This document shows, one piece after another, positions 30,401 to 31,868 of a stretch of 31,868 bases of DNA (its first letter is position 1; every line of letters begins with the position of its first letter). The stretch comes from Thraustochytrium aureum (lineage: Eukaryota). Below the pieces are notes generated by a model. It saw nothing but the letters and a program-made list of their open reading frames with translations, was not told the origin of the DNA and did no database searches. Where the stretch lies: NCBI GenBank assembly GCA_012862495.1, contig BLSG01000001.1, positions 134,638 to 166,505 on the forward strand. Direction: 5' to 3'. The position numbers were made by a program, and so were the translations under genes.

Positions 30401-31868
30401 ATGAGCGCGGCGATGGAGGCGACCGAGGCGAAGCGCGCCTGGAAGGTGATGCACTTGTTTCGGACGCCTGCGATTGACCCCGTGCAGATGGGCGCGTTCG
30501 AACGCAAGTTGGCTGGGCGCGAAAACGTGCCCGCGCTGAAGAGCGTGAAAAGCGAGTTCAGGTTCAACATCGAGATGGAGGACCGCGAGCTGACGGACTC
30601 GGAGCGCGCCAGGCTGTGCTGGCTGCTGAGCGAGACTTTCGAGCAGGAGAACTTTGGCGCCGCGACATTCCTGGCCGCCGAGGAAAAGGCCGGCCCGGCC
30701 ACTGCCGTCGTCGAGGTCGGCCCTCGCCTGACCTTCACGACAGCCTGGTCCTCGAACGCCGTCTCTGTCTGCAAGGCATGCGGACTCGACTGCATTCGGC
30801 GCATCGAGCGGTCGCGCCGGTACGCATTCGAGTCGGCAGACGGGTCGGCGCTGACCCCCGCTCAGGTGGCCGCGCTTGAGGCCGCCGTCCACGACCGCAT
30901 GACCGAGTTCGTGGTGCGCGAGCCGATCGCCAGCTTCGAGCCAGACGCTGAGGCCGAGGCGGCCGCCAAAGTCGGCACGCAATGGGTACCGGTGCTCAAG
31001 GAGGGGCGCGATGCCCTGGCGGCGATCAGCGAGAGACTTGGCCTGTCGTTCGACGACTGGGACCTCGACTTTTACACCAACCTATTCAAGGACAAGCTCA
31101 AGCGCGACCCAAGCGACGTCGAGTGCTTTGACCTTGCCCAGTCCAACTCGGAGCACTCCAGGCACTGGTTCTTCAGCGGCAAAATGGTCATCGACGGCGA
31201 GGAGAAGCCCAACACTCTCTTTCAGATGGTCAAGGGCACCAACCCGGCCTGCTCGAAGACCAACCCGGTGAAGAACAACTCGGTCATCGCCTTTCACGAC
31301 AACTCTTCCGCGATCCAGGGCTTTGCCGTGCGCGCCTTGGCTCCCGCCTCCGAGCGTGCAGACGACGGCGCGGAGGCGCAGCCCGCCCCGTTCGAGGTAA
31401 AAGAGCTCGAGATGCACGGCATCCTCACCGCGGAGACGCACAACTTCCCGTGCGGCGTCGCGCCATTCCCGGGAGCTGAGACCGGCACTGGGGGGCGAAT
31501 CCGCGACGTCCATGCTACCGGCCGCGGAGCGCTTGTCGTGGCCGGCACCTCGTCATACTGCGTCGGCAACCTGCAAATTCCGGGCTACGAGCTGCCCTGG
31601 GAGGACAAGTCGTTCGAGTACCCGAGCAACATGGCGCGCCCGCTCCAAATCGAGATCGAGGCCAGCAACGGCGCCTCCGACTACGGCAACAAGTTTGGGG
31701 AGCCGGTGATCTCTGGCTACACGCGATCGTTCGGGCTTCGTTTGCCGAGCGGCGAGCGCCGCGAGTGGGTCAAGCCGATCATGATGAGCGCTGGCGTGGG
31801 CCTCCTGGACGGCCGCCACGTGTCCAAGGGCGCCGCCGAGAAGGACATGGTGGTGGTCAAGCTTGGCG
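30401..31868 (+). CDS. PFAS: Phosphoribosylformylglycinamidine synthase (FGAM synthase, large PurL/ADE6 type); 3'-partial
   Basis: An open frame runs from ATG 30401 to the window end and is absent from the ORF track because it has no stop. Motifs: VEVGPRLTFTTAWSSNAVSVC, IERSRRY, HDRMTE, GLSFDDWDLDFY, RDPSDVECFDLAQSNSEHSRHWFF, FHDNSSAIQG, TAETHNFPCGVAPFPGAETGTGGRIRD, ASNGASDYGNKFGEP, REWVKPIM. Confidence 0.98.
   Translation, partial: MSAAMEATEAKRAWKVMHLFRTPAIDPVQMGAFERKLAGRENVPALKSVKSEFRFNIEMEDRELTDSERARLCWLLSETFEQENFGAATFLAAEEKAGPATAVVEVGPRLTFTTAWSSNAVSVCKACGLDCIRRIERSRRYAFESADGSALTPAQVAALEAAVHDRMTEFVVREPIASFEPDAEAEAAAKVGTQWVPVLKEGRDALAAISERLGLSFDDWDLDFYTNLFKDKLKRDPSDVECFDLAQSNSEHSRHWFFSGKMVIDGEEKPNTLFQMVKGTNPACSKTNPVKNNSVIAFHDNSSAIQGFAVRALAPASERADDGAEAQPAPFEVKELEMHGILTAETHNFPCGVAPFPGAETGTGGRIRDVHATGRGALVVAGTSSYCVGNLQIPGYELPWEDKSFEYPSNMARPLQIEIEASNGASDYGNKFGEPVISGYTRSFGLRLPSGERREWVKPIMMSAGVGLLDGRHVSKGAAEKDMVVVKLG

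Overview
This is GC-rich, intron-poor eukaryotic (protist) genomic DNA from a draft scaffold with seven N gaps. An axonemal dynein gene implies a flagellated stage. The CAGG/CAGA microsatellites and gene style suggest a stramenopile such as a thraustochytrid, but that is a low-confidence inference. Genes in order: KNTC1/Rod kinetochore protein (-, runs off the left edge); DNAI3/WDR63 axonemal dynein intermediate chain (+); Spg1/Tem1 GTPase (-, two introns); a dual-specificity phosphatase that appears to continue into a long protein with an IQ-like motif and a C-terminal H...GG...TEESGHYG..WT domain resembling bacterial polymorphic-toxin Ntox43 (+); PP2A B56 regulatory subunit (-); a ~2600-aa WD40/ankyrin/TRP-like 6TM channel preceded by an AT-rich structured repeat island (+); p47/NSFL1C-type SEP-UBX protein (+, partial); a small Cys-rich single-pass membrane protein (-); PFAS/FGAM synthase (+, runs off the right edge). 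A perfect loxP site at 12856-12889 lies within the 42-nt 454 Titanium/Cre-lox paired-end linker and is a library artefact. About seven single-base frameshifts, mostly at homopolymers, are best read as sequencing errors. The best novelty candidates are the phosphatase-IQ-toxin-like fusion and the giant TRP-like channel locus.
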